Positions 1 through 8,489 of a stretch of DNA of 32,000 bases are shown here, one piece after another; the first letter of the stretch is position 1; each line of letters starts with the position of its first letter. The position numbers and the translations under genes were made by a program. This DNA comes from Rhodospirillales bacterium. GTDB lineage: Bacteria; Pseudomonadota; Alphaproteobacteria; Reyranellales; Reyranellaceae. Location: positions 15,788-47,787 of the forward strand of contig JACPOB010000091.1 in NCBI GenBank assembly GCA_016185145.1, written 5' to 3'. Under the pieces are notes generated by a model. The model was not told where the DNA came from. It worked only from the letters and a program-made list of their open reading frames with translations, and searched no databases.

Positions 1-168
1 ACTGCCCCTTCTGGCCTCAATCTGGAGCTTGCCGTGATCGAGGAAGGCGAAGTTCACGCTCTCGCATTTCCCTGCCGCCGCACGGAGAATGGATGGGCAA
101 ACGCTGAAACTGGAGCAGTTGTCCATGTCGTCCCAACTCATTGGCGGAATTGGCTGCAATGACTGCAT
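1..168 (-). CDS. hypothetical protein, N-terminal part only (runs off the window edge)
   Basis: ATG at 168 lies 18 nt after the stop of the upstream small ORF. Frame is open to position 1 (MQSLQPIPPMSWDDMDNCSSFSVCPSILRAAAGKCESVNFAFLDHGKLQIEARRGS...). Hand-counted GC3 is about 70%, versus about 50% for the codon-aligned antisense frame. No family recognised. Confidence 0.3.
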   Translation of the reverse strand, partial: MQSLQPIPPMSWDDMDNCSSFSVCPSILRAAAGKCESVNFAFLDHGKLQIEARRGS

Positions 169-185
169 TGTGGTTCGGTTTCCCG

Positions 186-347
186 TCACTCTGGCTCCGT
201 CGCCGGAGGCAAGTTCCTGAGCTTTGCCTCCTCTTCTGCAAGCAACTTGGCGATGGTCTTCCGCTTCTCCTGCTCGGTCTCCGTCTTCAGGAGGCGGCGG
301 TAGTACTTAATGTTGAGCTCGACGATCGTGCGAACAGACGGACTCAT
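186..347 (-). CDS. small conserved hypothetical protein (53 aa, charged helical)
   Basis: Below the 60-aa track cutoff, found by manual translation: MSPSVRTIVELNIKYYRRLLKTETEQEKRKTIAKLLAEEEAKLRNLPPATEPE. It resembles short ...NI.HYR.LLK.E.D..KR..I..LLAEEEAKL proteins I recall from alpha-proteobacteria. An FNR-type box is centred about 94 nt upstream. Confidence 0.5.
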   Translation of the reverse strand: MSPSVRTIVELNIKYYRRLLKTETEQEKRKTIAKLLAEEEAKLRNLPPATEPE

Positions 348-434
348 ATCGTCCCGCGCTTCCCAATGTTGTTAACCCTACGCGAAAATAACCCCTTTCA
401 ATGTCAGCTTCGAGAGCCACCCGACTCACCAAGT

Positions 435-448
435 TTGACCCTGATCAA
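435..448. promoter_or_regulatory. FNR/FixK-type box TTGACCCTGATCAA
   Basis: Perfect TTGA-N6-TCAA palindrome in the divergent intergenic region. Its centre is about 46 nt from the crp/fnr ATG (488) and about 94 nt from the small-ORF ATG (347). Confidence 0.6.
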
Positions 449-487
449 ACTCTTGTTGTTTCGGCCGTGTGAGAATGGCCCGACAGG

Positions 488-1270
488 ATGAAGAAGATGA
501 TCGCGAGTACGTCCCTCGATCGAAAAGGCCCGTCGACGGTTGCCGTTGATCCTTGGGCGCCGACCAATCCATCGACAGGGAGATTGCCCCAGCTGCTGAC
601 CGACGAAGAGCGGGCGCAGTTGGCCATCATTGCGTCGGTGGTGCGCTTCAAGAAAGGCGATGAAATCTATCGAAGCGGCGGTCGCGCCGAGGCGATATTC
701 AACATCGTCAGCGGCGTGGTGAAATGTTATTGCGACAGCGACGCAAATCATATTGCGTCTTTTCTGTTCCCTAACGATGTGTTCGGCCTGTCCGCCGAAG
801 GCGTATATACGAATTCTGCCAGGGCGATAACGCCGGTTACGGCGTACAGACTCCCGACAGCCGCGCTGCGGGGCCGTCTGTCGAAAAGCGCCGTGTTGGG
901 CTATCACGTGATCTGCAAACTGTGCCAGGAACTACGTCAGGCGCAGCGCCACGCCTTCCTCCTCGCACAGCGTCATGCTGATGCGAAGATCGCCATGTTT
1001 ATCGAAATGCTGCGGCAGCTCCAGGTTGCCAAAGGTGGCTCCTCGACCGAGATCTACGTTCCGATGGATCGCTCGGATATCGGCGAGTACGTCGGACTGT
1101 CGCTCGCCGCAGTGAGTAGGACCTTTCGCAGTCTTGTCACGCACGGCATCATCCAAACTCGGGACCGTAGACATGTGAAGGTTGCCGATCGAGCGGCTTT
1201 CGAAAACATCGTGGCTGGCGGCTCGGCCCGGCGCGTTGGCCGAAGGGTGAAACGAACTTTGCGAACGTAA
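488..1270 (+). CDS. Crp/Fnr family transcriptional regulator (FixK-like, no N-terminal Cys cluster)
   Basis: cNMP-binding-type beta-roll (FKKGDEIYRSGGRAEAIFNIVSGVVK) followed by a C-terminal HTH (RSDIGEYVGLSLAAVSRTFRSLVTHGII). No FNR-type Fe-S cysteines. The recognition helix reads AAVSR rather than the E..SR of FNR/FixK. Confidence 0.9.
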   Translation: MKKMIASTSLDRKGPSTVAVDPWAPTNPSTGRLPQLLTDEERAQLAIIASVVRFKKGDEIYRSGGRAEAIFNIVSGVVKCYCDSDANHIASFLFPNDVFGLSAEGVYTNSARAITPVTAYRLPTAALRGRLSKSAVLGYHVICKLCQELRQAQRHAFLLAQRHADAKIAMFIEMLRQLQVAKGGSSTEIYVPMDRSDIGEYVGLSLAAVSRTFRSLVTHGIIQTRDRRHVKVADRAAFENIVAGGSARRVGRRVKRTLRT

Positions 1271-1509
1271 CATCCGTGCATCTTCCCTGCATTGGGCTAT
1301 CGCTCGGCCTGGTTCGAGGGTTGGAGCCTGGGGAACGCACTTGAATTCTCCTCTGACCGATGACGGCAACTCCAGGCAGCCAGCTCGTCGCATATCCAAC
1401 TTCCGCGCTTGCGACCCGACCAAGCTGTCCAAGCTATGAGCGGCAACGGACCTGTTTCTGCCCTTCCGTTTAGCTTCAGCAGCAGCTCGGTAGATGCGAG
1501 GGCCGACCA

Positions 1510-1704
1510 CAGGGACCCAATCGTGTATTCCGCGCGAGGGTGGGCATCTTCCCCAACAAGGCGGCCATCACTCAGCTCGTCGGCGCAATCCTGCTCGAAC
1601 AGAACGACGAATGGGCCGTCCAGCGCGGCCGTTACATCACTCTGGAAAGCATCGCGCCCGTCAGCGATGATCCTCTCGTCGGGTTGCCCGCTGCGGCTAC
1701 CTGA
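1510..1704 (+). pseudogene. IS256-family (Mutator-type) transposase, C-terminal remnant
   Basis: Manual translation 1540..1704 gives [54 protein letters not shown], the typical C-terminus of IS256-family transposases. An upstream stop and no N-terminal catalytic part mean this is a fragment only. Confidence 0.7.
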
Positions 1705-1922
1705 TCGATCCGGCTCTCGCTCGAGATCGTCATACTGACCAACGTCAGCTACGCCACGCTTCGGGAGTACGTCATGGGTCAAGCCAAAGGTCAAGGGCGG
1801 TTCTGCGGCGCGGCTCGACGGGGCTCGTCACAACCGCCCCGCTTGCAAGTGATAATCGCGTCCGCGGCTTCTCACACGCCAGCTTACCGCGCTGGACACT
1901 GTTTCAGCCAGGATTCCCTGAC

Positions 1923-3482
1923 ATGAAAGCCTATTTCATCGGCGGCGGGATCGGATCACTCGCCGGCGCCGCATTCCTGATCCGCGACGGCGGAATCCCA
2001 GGCAACAAAATCACGATCTATGAGAACCTCTCGACCTTTGGCGGGAGTCTGGATGGCGCTCAGCTTCCAGATGGCTCGTATTCGTTGCGCGGCGGCCGCA
2101 TGCTGACGACCGACCACTACGAATGCACTTGGGATCTGCTTTCGACCATTCCCTCGATTGCGCACGCAGGCCAAACCGTCCGCGACGAAACGGTCGCATT
2201 CAACCTCAAGCATCAAGCCCATTCCAAGGCGCGACTCGTCGACCGTAACCGCTCCAAGGTTGATGTGTCGACAATGGGCTTTACCATGCGCGATCGCGAG
2301 GAACTGGTGCGCCTGGCGATGGCCTCGGAAGAAGAGCTCGGCAACAGCCGCATCACGGATTGGCTGTCCCCGGCATTCTTTGAGACAAATTTCTGGTACA
2401 TGTGGCAAACGACGTTCGCCTTTCAGCCCTGGCACAGCGCGGTCGAGCTCAAACGCTATCTGCATCGGTTCATGAACGAGTTTTCGCGCATCGAGACGCT
2501 CGGCGGCGTCAAGCGAACCATCTACAACCAGTATGACGCCATCGTTCGTCCCGTGGAAGCATGGCTCAAAGATCATGGCGTTCGGTTCATCAGCGACGGG
2601 CGCGTGACCGACATGGACCTTGCCGACGAAGACGGACAGGTCCAGGTGAAAGGCCTTACGATCGACCGGAAAGGCGCCAAAGTCGTCGTGACGGTCGAAG
2701 CCCACGACCGCGTGTTCTTTCAGAACGGTTCAATGACCGATGCATCAAGCCTCGGATCTATGACGAGGCCTCCCGAACCACTGACGAAAGCCGACAGCGA
2801 AGGATGGGCTCTCTGGGAGAAGATCGCCGCCGGGCGACCGGAATTCGGCAACCCTGCCGTGTTCAACAGTTCGATTCCCGAGACCTATTGGGCATCGTTC
2901 ACGGTGACCTGTCGCGATCGGGGCTTTTTCCAACAGATGGAGGCGTTCTCCGGCAACGCTGCCGGCACTGGAGGGCTCGTCACGTTCAGGGATTCCAATT
3001 GGCTGATGTCGATCGTCCTGTACCATCAACCGCACTTCGTCGGCCAGCAAACCGACGTGGAGGTATTCTGGGGCTATGCCCTGCACCCCGATCGGATCGG
3101 CAATTTCGTGGCCAAGCCAATGTCGGAGTGTGGAGGAGCGGAGATCCTGCGTGAGCTTTGTGGTCATTTGAACTTCGATAATGGGGTCTTTCGACAAGCG
3201 ACCTGCATTCCCTGCCGAATGCCTTACATCACCAGCATGTTTATGCCGCGGCTCAGGTCCGATCGTCCGCTGCCTGTTCCGCCGACTTCCAAGAACCTGG
3301 CGTTCATCAGCCAATTCGTCGAAATTCCGGACGAGGTGGTCTTCACGGTGGAGCATTCGGTGCGCGCGGCTCAAATGGCGGTCTATCAGCTGCTCGGCAT
3401 CGAGCGCCCCGTCCCGCCGATCACACGCCACGACAGGTCGATTAGCGTTCTGATCCATTCGCTGGAGAAGGCGTTTGCCTGA
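1923..3482 (+). CDS. ohyA: oleate hydratase (MCRA family, FAD-dependent)
   Basis: 519-aa ORF. N-terminal FAD fold (KAYFIGGGIGSLAGAAFLIRDG), GGSLDG, and the RGGRML..HYECTWDLL block typical of myosin-cross-reactive-antigen/oleate hydratases. Confidence 0.85.
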   Translation: MKAYFIGGGIGSLAGAAFLIRDGGIPGNKITIYENLSTFGGSLDGAQLPDGSYSLRGGRMLTTDHYECTWDLLSTIPSIAHAGQTVRDETVAFNLKHQAHSKARLVDRNRSKVDVSTMGFTMRDREELVRLAMASEEELGNSRITDWLSPAFFETNFWYMWQTTFAFQPWHSAVELKRYLHRFMNEFSRIETLGGVKRTIYNQYDAIVRPVEAWLKDHGVRFISDGRVTDMDLADEDGQVQVKGLTIDRKGAKVVVTVEAHDRVFFQNGSMTDASSLGSMTRPPEPLTKADSEGWALWEKIAAGRPEFGNPAVFNSSIPETYWASFTVTCRDRGFFQQMEAFSGNAAGTGGLVTFRDSNWLMSIVLYHQPHFVGQQTDVEVFWGYALHPDRIGNFVAKPMSECGGAEILRELCGHLNFDNGVFRQATCIPCRMPYITSMFMPRLRSDRPLPVPPTSKNLAFISQFVEIPDEVVFTVEHSVRAAQMAVYQLLGIERPVPPITRHDRSISVLIHSLEKAFA

Positions 3483-3576
3483 CCGGCAGTAGCATCGACT
3501 TGATCACGCCGGAGTTCCTTGTTGCCGATCGCGCACGATCTCCAGTTCATTCGATCAGGCCACCGCCAGCGCTATT

Positions 3577-3815
3577 TCAGGCTGCCCGCCAGGAAGTCAT
3601 GCGCGGATTGGAACCCTGGTCGTGCTCGCCTGTAGTCACCAGAGTCGGGGCCTTGATCTCGGTTGGCCGGTCGGCGAGGTCGGTCGTAGCCAGCACGCGG
3701 TACGCCGCCGCATAGGATGCAGGATCGTTGGCCTGGTTGCGGGTCGCGTACTTCGGTCAGCTCGGGGTGAGCCTCGCGGAATTCATCGGTGAACCAGCGG
3801 TTCGAGCGAGCAGCG
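3577..3815 (-). pseudogene. alpha/beta-hydrolase (3-oxoadipate enol-lactonase-like) internal fragment, frameshifted
   Basis: One frame reads RWFTDEFREAHPELTEV. A second frame continues ANDPASYAAAYRVLATTDLADRPTEIKAPTLVTTGEHDQGSNPRM. There is no N-terminal nucleophile region and no C-terminal His region. Boundaries are approximate. Confidence 0.55.
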
Positions 3816-3835
3816 GAAGTGGTCGCCGGGAATGC

Positions 3836-4160
3836 CGCTGCCCAGCGCCACGCGCTGCTGCTGCCCGCCACTCAGCTCACGCGGCGCTGGGCCCGGTCGG
3901 GCCAGCCGGACCAGCATCAGCGCGCGCGACGCGCCGGTCGATATCCGCCCGTGCCACGCCGCGCATCTCGAGCGGGAAGGCGACGTTGCGCGCCGCCGTC
4001 AAGTGCGGGAAGAGCCGCATAGCTCTGGAACGCCACGCCAATGTCCCGCCGGGCTCGCGAACGGCCCGCCAGTCGATCAGTTCCGCGAACAGACCCGCGT
4101 CGCGGTTTTCCTGGGCGCGATCGAGCCGATACAGGGTGACGTACCGGTGCGGACAAGCGC
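3836..4160 (-). pseudogene. ABC transporter ATP-binding protein fragment, multiply frameshifted
   Basis: Pieces lie in different frames: RDIGVAFQSYA, LFPHLTAARNVAFPLEMRGVARADIDRRVARA, and the signature motif LSGGQQQRVALG (about 3840..3875). No Walker B follows; the reading instead runs into the hydrolase fragment. Boundaries are approximate. Confidence 0.6.
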
Positions 4161-4307
4161 CAACGGTCCTCGACGTTGGATGGAGCGATGACCCGCCTAT
4201 CCCCTGTTCAGCGACGACGGCACGCCGCAGCACGGCATCGTCAGCCGACGATCGCGAAGGCGGCGGCGACAGCCAACGTCGCTGTTTCGCGAGGCATGCC
4301 CGTTTGC

Positions 4308-5063
4308 TTAGAACCAAGTCCGCAGGCCGACCGTGAAGCGGACCTGCTGAGTCGGACCGCCGGCGGCACTGACGTAATCGGCGGTAGCGCCGTATTGGCC
4401 GAAATAGGTGATGCCGAGATAGGGCGCGAACTCTCGCGTTATTTCGTAGCGGAGACGCAGCCCCACATCGAGCTCCGAAAGCCCGGCGCCGACGTTCCGT
4501 GCCGGGTCGTCCTTGGTGTAGAAATTCATCTCGAACTGCGGCTGCAGGACCAGGCGCTGTGTGATGAAGAGATCGTAGCTGGCCTCCAGCCTGGCCGCGA
4601 GATGCCCCTCGCCGCTGACGTAGCCGAACGCGGAGACCTTGAAGAAGCCCGGCGCCAATCCCTGGATGCCGATGCCGCCCCAGCCGCGACTGGGCAACGA
4701 GTCCAAGTCCCATCGCACACCGACCAAAGCGTCGAAATAGGTCGTGATGGCACGGCCGTAAAACAGCTGCTGGATGCCGTCGTCCAGTTGGTTGTCGCTA
4801 TAACGGCCTTCGCTCAATAGCCAGATCTTGTTCTCGTCGGTGCCGACCCAGCCCGACGCCTCCCAGCGGAAAGTGTTGCCCTGGGCGAAGCCGAAGCGCC
4901 CTTCCAGCTGGTCGAACAGCAGATGGGCAAAGATCGCCTTGTCGAGCAACTGCGGCATGCCTTGTGGCTGGTCGGCGGTGGGCGTCTGTTGAGCGTGGGC
5001 ATTGCCCGCCAGCCCGGCGGCGAGCAGGACAACCGCGCAGAGCGCGGCGCGGAGCTTGGTCAT
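4308..5063 (-). CDS. copB: copper resistance protein B (outer-membrane CopB/PcoB family)
   Basis: Signal peptide (LLAAGLAGNAHAQQ) followed by a beta-barrel-type sequence ending in an aromatic residue (..GLRTWF). Its ATG overlaps the copA stop (ATGA). Confidence 0.85.
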   Translation of the reverse strand: MTKLRAALCAVVLLAAGLAGNAHAQQTPTADQPQGMPQLLDKAIFAHLLFDQLEGRFGFAQGNTFRWEASGWVGTDENKIWLLSEGRYSDNQLDDGIQQLFYGRAITTYFDALVGVRWDLDSLPSRGWGGIGIQGLAPGFFKVSAFGYVSGEGHLAARLEASYDLFITQRLVLQPQFEMNFYTKDDPARNVGAGLSELDVGLRLRYEITREFAPYLGITYFGQYGATADYVSAAGGPTQQVRFTVGLRTWF

Positions 5064-6910
5064 GATATGCGCACCTCGCGCATCATGCCCGTCTCCATGT
5101 GGTAGAGGAGATGGCAGTGGAAGGCCCAGCGGCCGGGCTCGTCGGCGCTCACCAGGAAGCTCAGCTTCTCACCGGGCTTGACCAGAATGGTATGCTTGTA
5201 CGGGCGGTATTCGCCTTGCCCGTTCTCCAGCTCGCTCCACACGCCATGCAGATGCATCGGGTGCTCCATCATGGTGTCGTTGATCAGGGTGAAGCGTACC
5301 CGCTCGCCGAGCCGAAGCGTGATCGGCGCGGCATCCGAGAATTTCGTGCCGTCGAAGCTCCACATGAAACGGTCCATGTTGCCCGTCAGGTGCAGCACGA
5401 TCTCACGCGTCGGCGGTCGCGGGTCGTTGCCGCGCTTGGCGTTCCGGAGGTCGGTCAAACGCAGCACTCGCCGGCCGTTGCCGTCGAGCCCGCCGCCCGC
5501 TTCGGCGAGACGGTTCCTTGGCGCCATGGCGACGTTGTCTACGCCGACACGGCCTTCGAGCCAGGTGGCAGCGTCTTGCCCGGACATGCCGGCCATCGCC
5601 CCTTGGCTCGGCGCCGCGCCACTCATGCCCGGCATGGCGGCATAATTGGGCGGCGTGGCCGTCGTCGGTCCATGCGTCATGCCGGGCATCGAACCGTGCT
5701 GCATTCCAGAACCCTGGTTCGTCCCCGGCACGGCGTGGCCCGTGTGGGCGTTGTTCGATGCGCCCCGCCCAGAGCTGCCGTGTCCCGAGCCTCCGTGTTC
5801 CATGCCCATGTCGACCATGGTGCGCATCGGCCGTGGATCCATCGGCGGGATCGCCGCTTGCATGCCGAGCTGCGGGGCCAGGGTGCCACGCGCGAACCCG
5901 GTGCGGTCCTGGGTCTGGGCGAAGATCGTGAAGGCGCGCGCCTGGCGCGGCTGGACGATCACGTCATAGGTCTCGCCCGGGCCGATTCGGAACTCATCGA
6001 CCGTGACCGGCACGACGTCGTTGCCGTCACTTTGCACCACGGTCATCGGCAAGTCGGGGATGCGCACATCGAAGATGCTCATGGTGCCGGCATCGATGAA
6101 GCGCAACCGCACCCGCTCACCAGGCCGAAACAGAGCCGTCCAGTTGGCCGCCGGCGGCTGGCCGTTCATGAGATAGGTGTAGGTCGCACCCGTCACGTCG
6201 AGAATGTCGGTCGGGCCCATACGCATCTTGGCCCACATCAGACGATCCTGGATCGTCGGGCCAAGGCCATCGCGCCTGACGTCGTTTATGAACGTGCCCA
6301 GCGTGCGCTGATTGTAGTTGTAATAGTCGGCGTCGAACTTGAGCTTACTGATGATGGTGAGAGGGCTCTCGTCGCTCCAGTCCGACAGCACGATCACATA
6401 GTCGCGATCGAAGGCCTGCGCAAAGCCGCCCTTGGGCTCGATGACCAGAGAACCGTAGACGCCGGTCTGCTCCTCGGCGCCATGCGCATGGTACCAGTAG
6501 GTGCCGCTCTGGCGTACGGGAAAGCGGTAGGTGAACGTCTGGCCCGGCGCGATGCCGTTGAAGCTGAAGCCCGGCACGCCGTCCATCGGCGAGGGCGTGC
6601 GGATGCCATGCCAATGGATCGACGTCGGGAAGGACAACCGGTTGGTGACCGCGAGCGTGACGGTCTCGCCTTCGCGCCACCGTAGGATCGGACCGGGGAC
6701 CTGGCCGTTGATTGCCGTTGCGGTCATGGTCCGGCCGGTGACGTTGAAGGGCAGTGGACCGATGTCGAGCTTGAACTCGGTGCCGCTCAAGACCTGTTGG
6801 GGCGCTCCGGCCAGGGCTGCGCGCCATGGCGGCACGGTAACCAGAGCACCCGCGGCAGCAGCTCCCTGGACGAAGCGTCGGCGGCCGACGCTCGGACGAC
6901 TCCCAGTCAT
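5060..6910 (-). CDS. copA: copper resistance multicopper oxidase CopA/PcoA, Tat-exported
   Basis: Tat motif GRRRFVQGAAAAG. Cu-site motifs HWHG, WYHAH, HPMHLHG and HCHLLYHMETGMM. Contains a Met/His-rich insert. I place the start at the ATG at 6910 (MTGSRPSV...) because it overlaps the stop of the upstream cusF-like frame (ATGA); the track ORF extends to 6964. Confidence 0.9.
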   Translation of the reverse strand: MTGSRPSVGRRRFVQGAAAAGALVTVPPWRAALAGAPQQVLSGTEFKLDIGPLPFNVTGRTMTATAINGQVPGPILRWREGETVTLAVTNRLSFPTSIHWHGIRTPSPMDGVPGFSFNGIAPGQTFTYRFPVRQSGTYWYHAHGAEEQTGVYGSLVIEPKGGFAQAFDRDYVIVLSDWSDESPLTIISKLKFDADYYNYNQRTLGTFINDVRRDGLGPTIQDRLMWAKMRMGPTDILDVTGATYTYLMNGQPPAANWTALFRPGERVRLRFIDAGTMSIFDVRIPDLPMTVVQSDGNDVVPVTVDEFRIGPGETYDVIVQPRQARAFTIFAQTQDRTGFARGTLAPQLGMQAAIPPMDPRPMRTMVDMGMEHGGSGHGSSGRGASNNAHTGHAVPGTNQGSGMQHGSMPGMTHGPTTATPPNYAAMPGMSGAAPSQGAMAGMSGQDAATWLEGRVGVDNVAMAPRNRLAEAGGGLDGNGRRVLRLTDLRNAKRGNDPRPPTREIVLHLTGNMDRFMWSFDGTKFSDAAPITLRLGERVRFTLINDTMMEHPMHLHGVWSELENGQGEYRPYKHTILVKPGEKLSFLVSADEPGRWAFHCHLLYHMETGMMREVRIS

Positions 6911-7397
6911 GAGTGACCTCCTGTGGCGGGCGCGATCGAGTCGATAAGGTATGCGCCGTCGCAAACCCGCTCCATCACGAAGCGCACGTGGGTGCCGGGC
7001 TTGATGGAGCCTGGGTCCACCGACGGTGCGACGGAAGGGTCCGTCATCATTGCCGGCCAGCCGATCCCTCGGGGGAGTGGTTCAGGGCCGGCATCGAGCC
7101 ATGGTCCATCGTGCTGTCGTCCATTCCACGCACTGTAGCCGGGGTCGCAGGGCTCGGTTGATGGCTCATCCCGCTCACGGATGCGGGGGCAGTTGGGCCG
7201 GCCTGCACGGTGCCATAGCCTTCACCCTCGCCGGCAAGGGCTGCGTTGCGCGGGATGCGTGAGGCATTCCCCAGATCGACCGCCAGCGGGGCAGAACCGG
7301 ACTGCGGCGGGACGACGACCAGAGCTTGGTCTGCGCAGGCGGCAAGGACAAGCAAGGACGAGCTCCAGAACAGCAGATGAAGTGAAGGAAGCTTCAT
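6907..7397 (-). pseudogene. CusF-like periplasmic copper-binding lipoprotein, interrupted by a frameshift at a homopolymer
   Basis: The N-terminal frame (start 7397) has a lipobox (LLVLAAC) and a Met/His-rich segment, and stops at 7047. The C-terminal frame reads IGWPAMMTDPSVAPSVDPGSIKPGTHVRFVMERVCDGAYLIDSIAPATGGHS* and ends in an ATGA overlap with copA. The two frames join if the G5 run at 7071..7075 (C5 on the coding strand) had one more base. Confidence 0.65.
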
Positions 7398-7458
7398 CGA
7401 AACTCTCGCAAAGAGATCAAACCAAAATTTACACAAGCCGCTTCTGCGCCGCCGCACA

Positions 7459-7472
7459 TTGATCCAGCTCAA
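7459..7472. promoter_or_regulatory. FNR/FixK-type box TTGATCCAGCTCAA
   Basis: Perfect TTGA-N6-TCAA. Its centre is about 68 nt upstream of the cusF-like start (7397, minus strand). That fits a class II site at about -41.5 with a short leader. Confidence 0.6.
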
Positions 7473-7569
7473 AGTGCCAGGGGGCGACCGTCGAAAATTC
7501 TAATCATGATCTAGGTGTCTCTGGGAGTCTCGGATGAGACAGACATTTGACGCCTCGGCAGTCTAGCCT

Positions 7570-7583
7570 TTGATCCAAGTCAA
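7570..7583. promoter_or_regulatory. FNR/FixK-type box TTGATCCAAGTCAA
   Basis: Perfect TTGA-N6-TCAA. Its centre is about 86 nt upstream of the ATG at 7663 (plus strand). The 16-mer TTGATCCAAGTCAAAG is nearly identical to the one at 7459. Confidence 0.6.
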
Positions 7584-7662
7584 AGCAGCGGCGGTCTTTG
7601 GCTGAAATGAAGGAGGGGTCCGACAACGGACGAGCTCAGACCAGTGAGACGGAGATATAGTC

Positions 7663-8382
7663 ATGATGATCGCCAGCAGAGCTATGCAGGCCGCGAGCTT
7701 GGCAATCGTGATTGGCGTGTGCGGCTTGGCGTTGCCGGCGTCGGGTCAACAGACGCCACCGGCAACCGGCACCCAACCCAAGCCCCCGATGCAGCCCGGC
7801 CCGAGCATGGGCGCGCAGATGCAGCAGCAAGGCATGGAACACGGTCGCATGGGCCAGGGCATGGGCATGGAGGGCAAAGGCATGGGCGGTGCCAACATGC
7901 AGAACATGCAGACGCCGGGCGCTTGCTCCGGCGGACAATGCGGTGGCATGGAAGGCTCAGCGATGCAGGGTCAAATGCCCGGCATGGGACCGAGCGGAGT
8001 GCCGGCGCAAAGCGTGGGCCCGCAGATGATGCAGATGATGATGCAGGGCCATATGGCCGATCTGCCATGGGACCACATCGAGGGACGGATTGCCTACTTG
8101 CATGCCGAGCTGCAGATCACCGAGGCCCAGATGCCGGCGTGGACGGAATTCGCCAATGTGCTGCGTGCCAACGCCAAGCGGATTGCGGAAGTACAAAAGG
8201 CGCCGCAGCGAACGACGACGACCGCAGCCGACAGGATGGATGATCAGGAGCGTTGGCTGACTGCGCGGTTGGAGAGCGTGCGGGCCTTGAAACCTGCCTA
8301 CGTCAAGCTCTACGCTGCGCTCGACGACAAGCAGAAGAAGATCGCTGACGAACTTCTCGCCCCTCACATGGGCATGAGGTAA
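7663..8382 (+). CDS. periplasmic Met-rich protein with C-terminal Spy/CpxP-like (LTXXQ-type) domain
   Basis: Signal peptide, then a Met/Gln/Gly-rich stretch (MQPGPSMGAQMQQQGMEHGRMGQGMGMEGKGMGG...MMQMMMQGHM). The C-terminus (LQITEAQMPAWTEF...ERWLTARLESVRALKPAYVKLYAALDDKQKKIADELL) resembles alpha-proteobacterial Spy/CpxP-family proteins. RBS GGAGA sits 7 nt upstream. Confidence 0.75.
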   Translation: MMIASRAMQAASLAIVIGVCGLALPASGQQTPPATGTQPKPPMQPGPSMGAQMQQQGMEHGRMGQGMGMEGKGMGGANMQNMQTPGACSGGQCGGMEGSAMQGQMPGMGPSGVPAQSVGPQMMQMMMQGHMADLPWDHIEGRIAYLHAELQITEAQMPAWTEFANVLRANAKRIAEVQKAPQRTTTTAADRMDDQERWLTARLESVRALKPAYVKLYAALDDKQKKIADELLAPHMGMR

Positions 8383-8425
8383 GAGCACATCACGTGCAAG
8401 CTTCATGGTGTACCGTGCCCCCCGG

Positions 8426-8489
8426 CGATATCGCGTCCTCGCCTGACGCAAATGAGCATTCTCCCCCGCCAGGCGGGGGCGCGATATCG
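8426..8489. repeat. nested inverted repeat between the Spy-like gene and hupS (possible terminator or attenuator)
   Basis: The outer 10-bp arms CGATATCGCG (8426..8435) and CGCGATATCG (8480..8489) are exact reverse complements. They enclose an inner GC hairpin, CCCCCGCC (8463..8470) with GGCGGGGG (8472..8479). No T-tract follows. Confidence 0.4.

Noticed and set aside
17-241. 74-aa minus-strand track ORF at the window start
   Set aside because: It is an Arg-rich, implausible sequence that overlaps two better candidates in other frames (the 53-aa ORF at 186..347 and the partial ORF at 168..1).
5099-6685. 528-aa plus-strand ORF
   Set aside because: It is antisense to copA, which has all four multicopper oxidase copper-site motifs. 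Its composition is Arg/His/Gly-rich.
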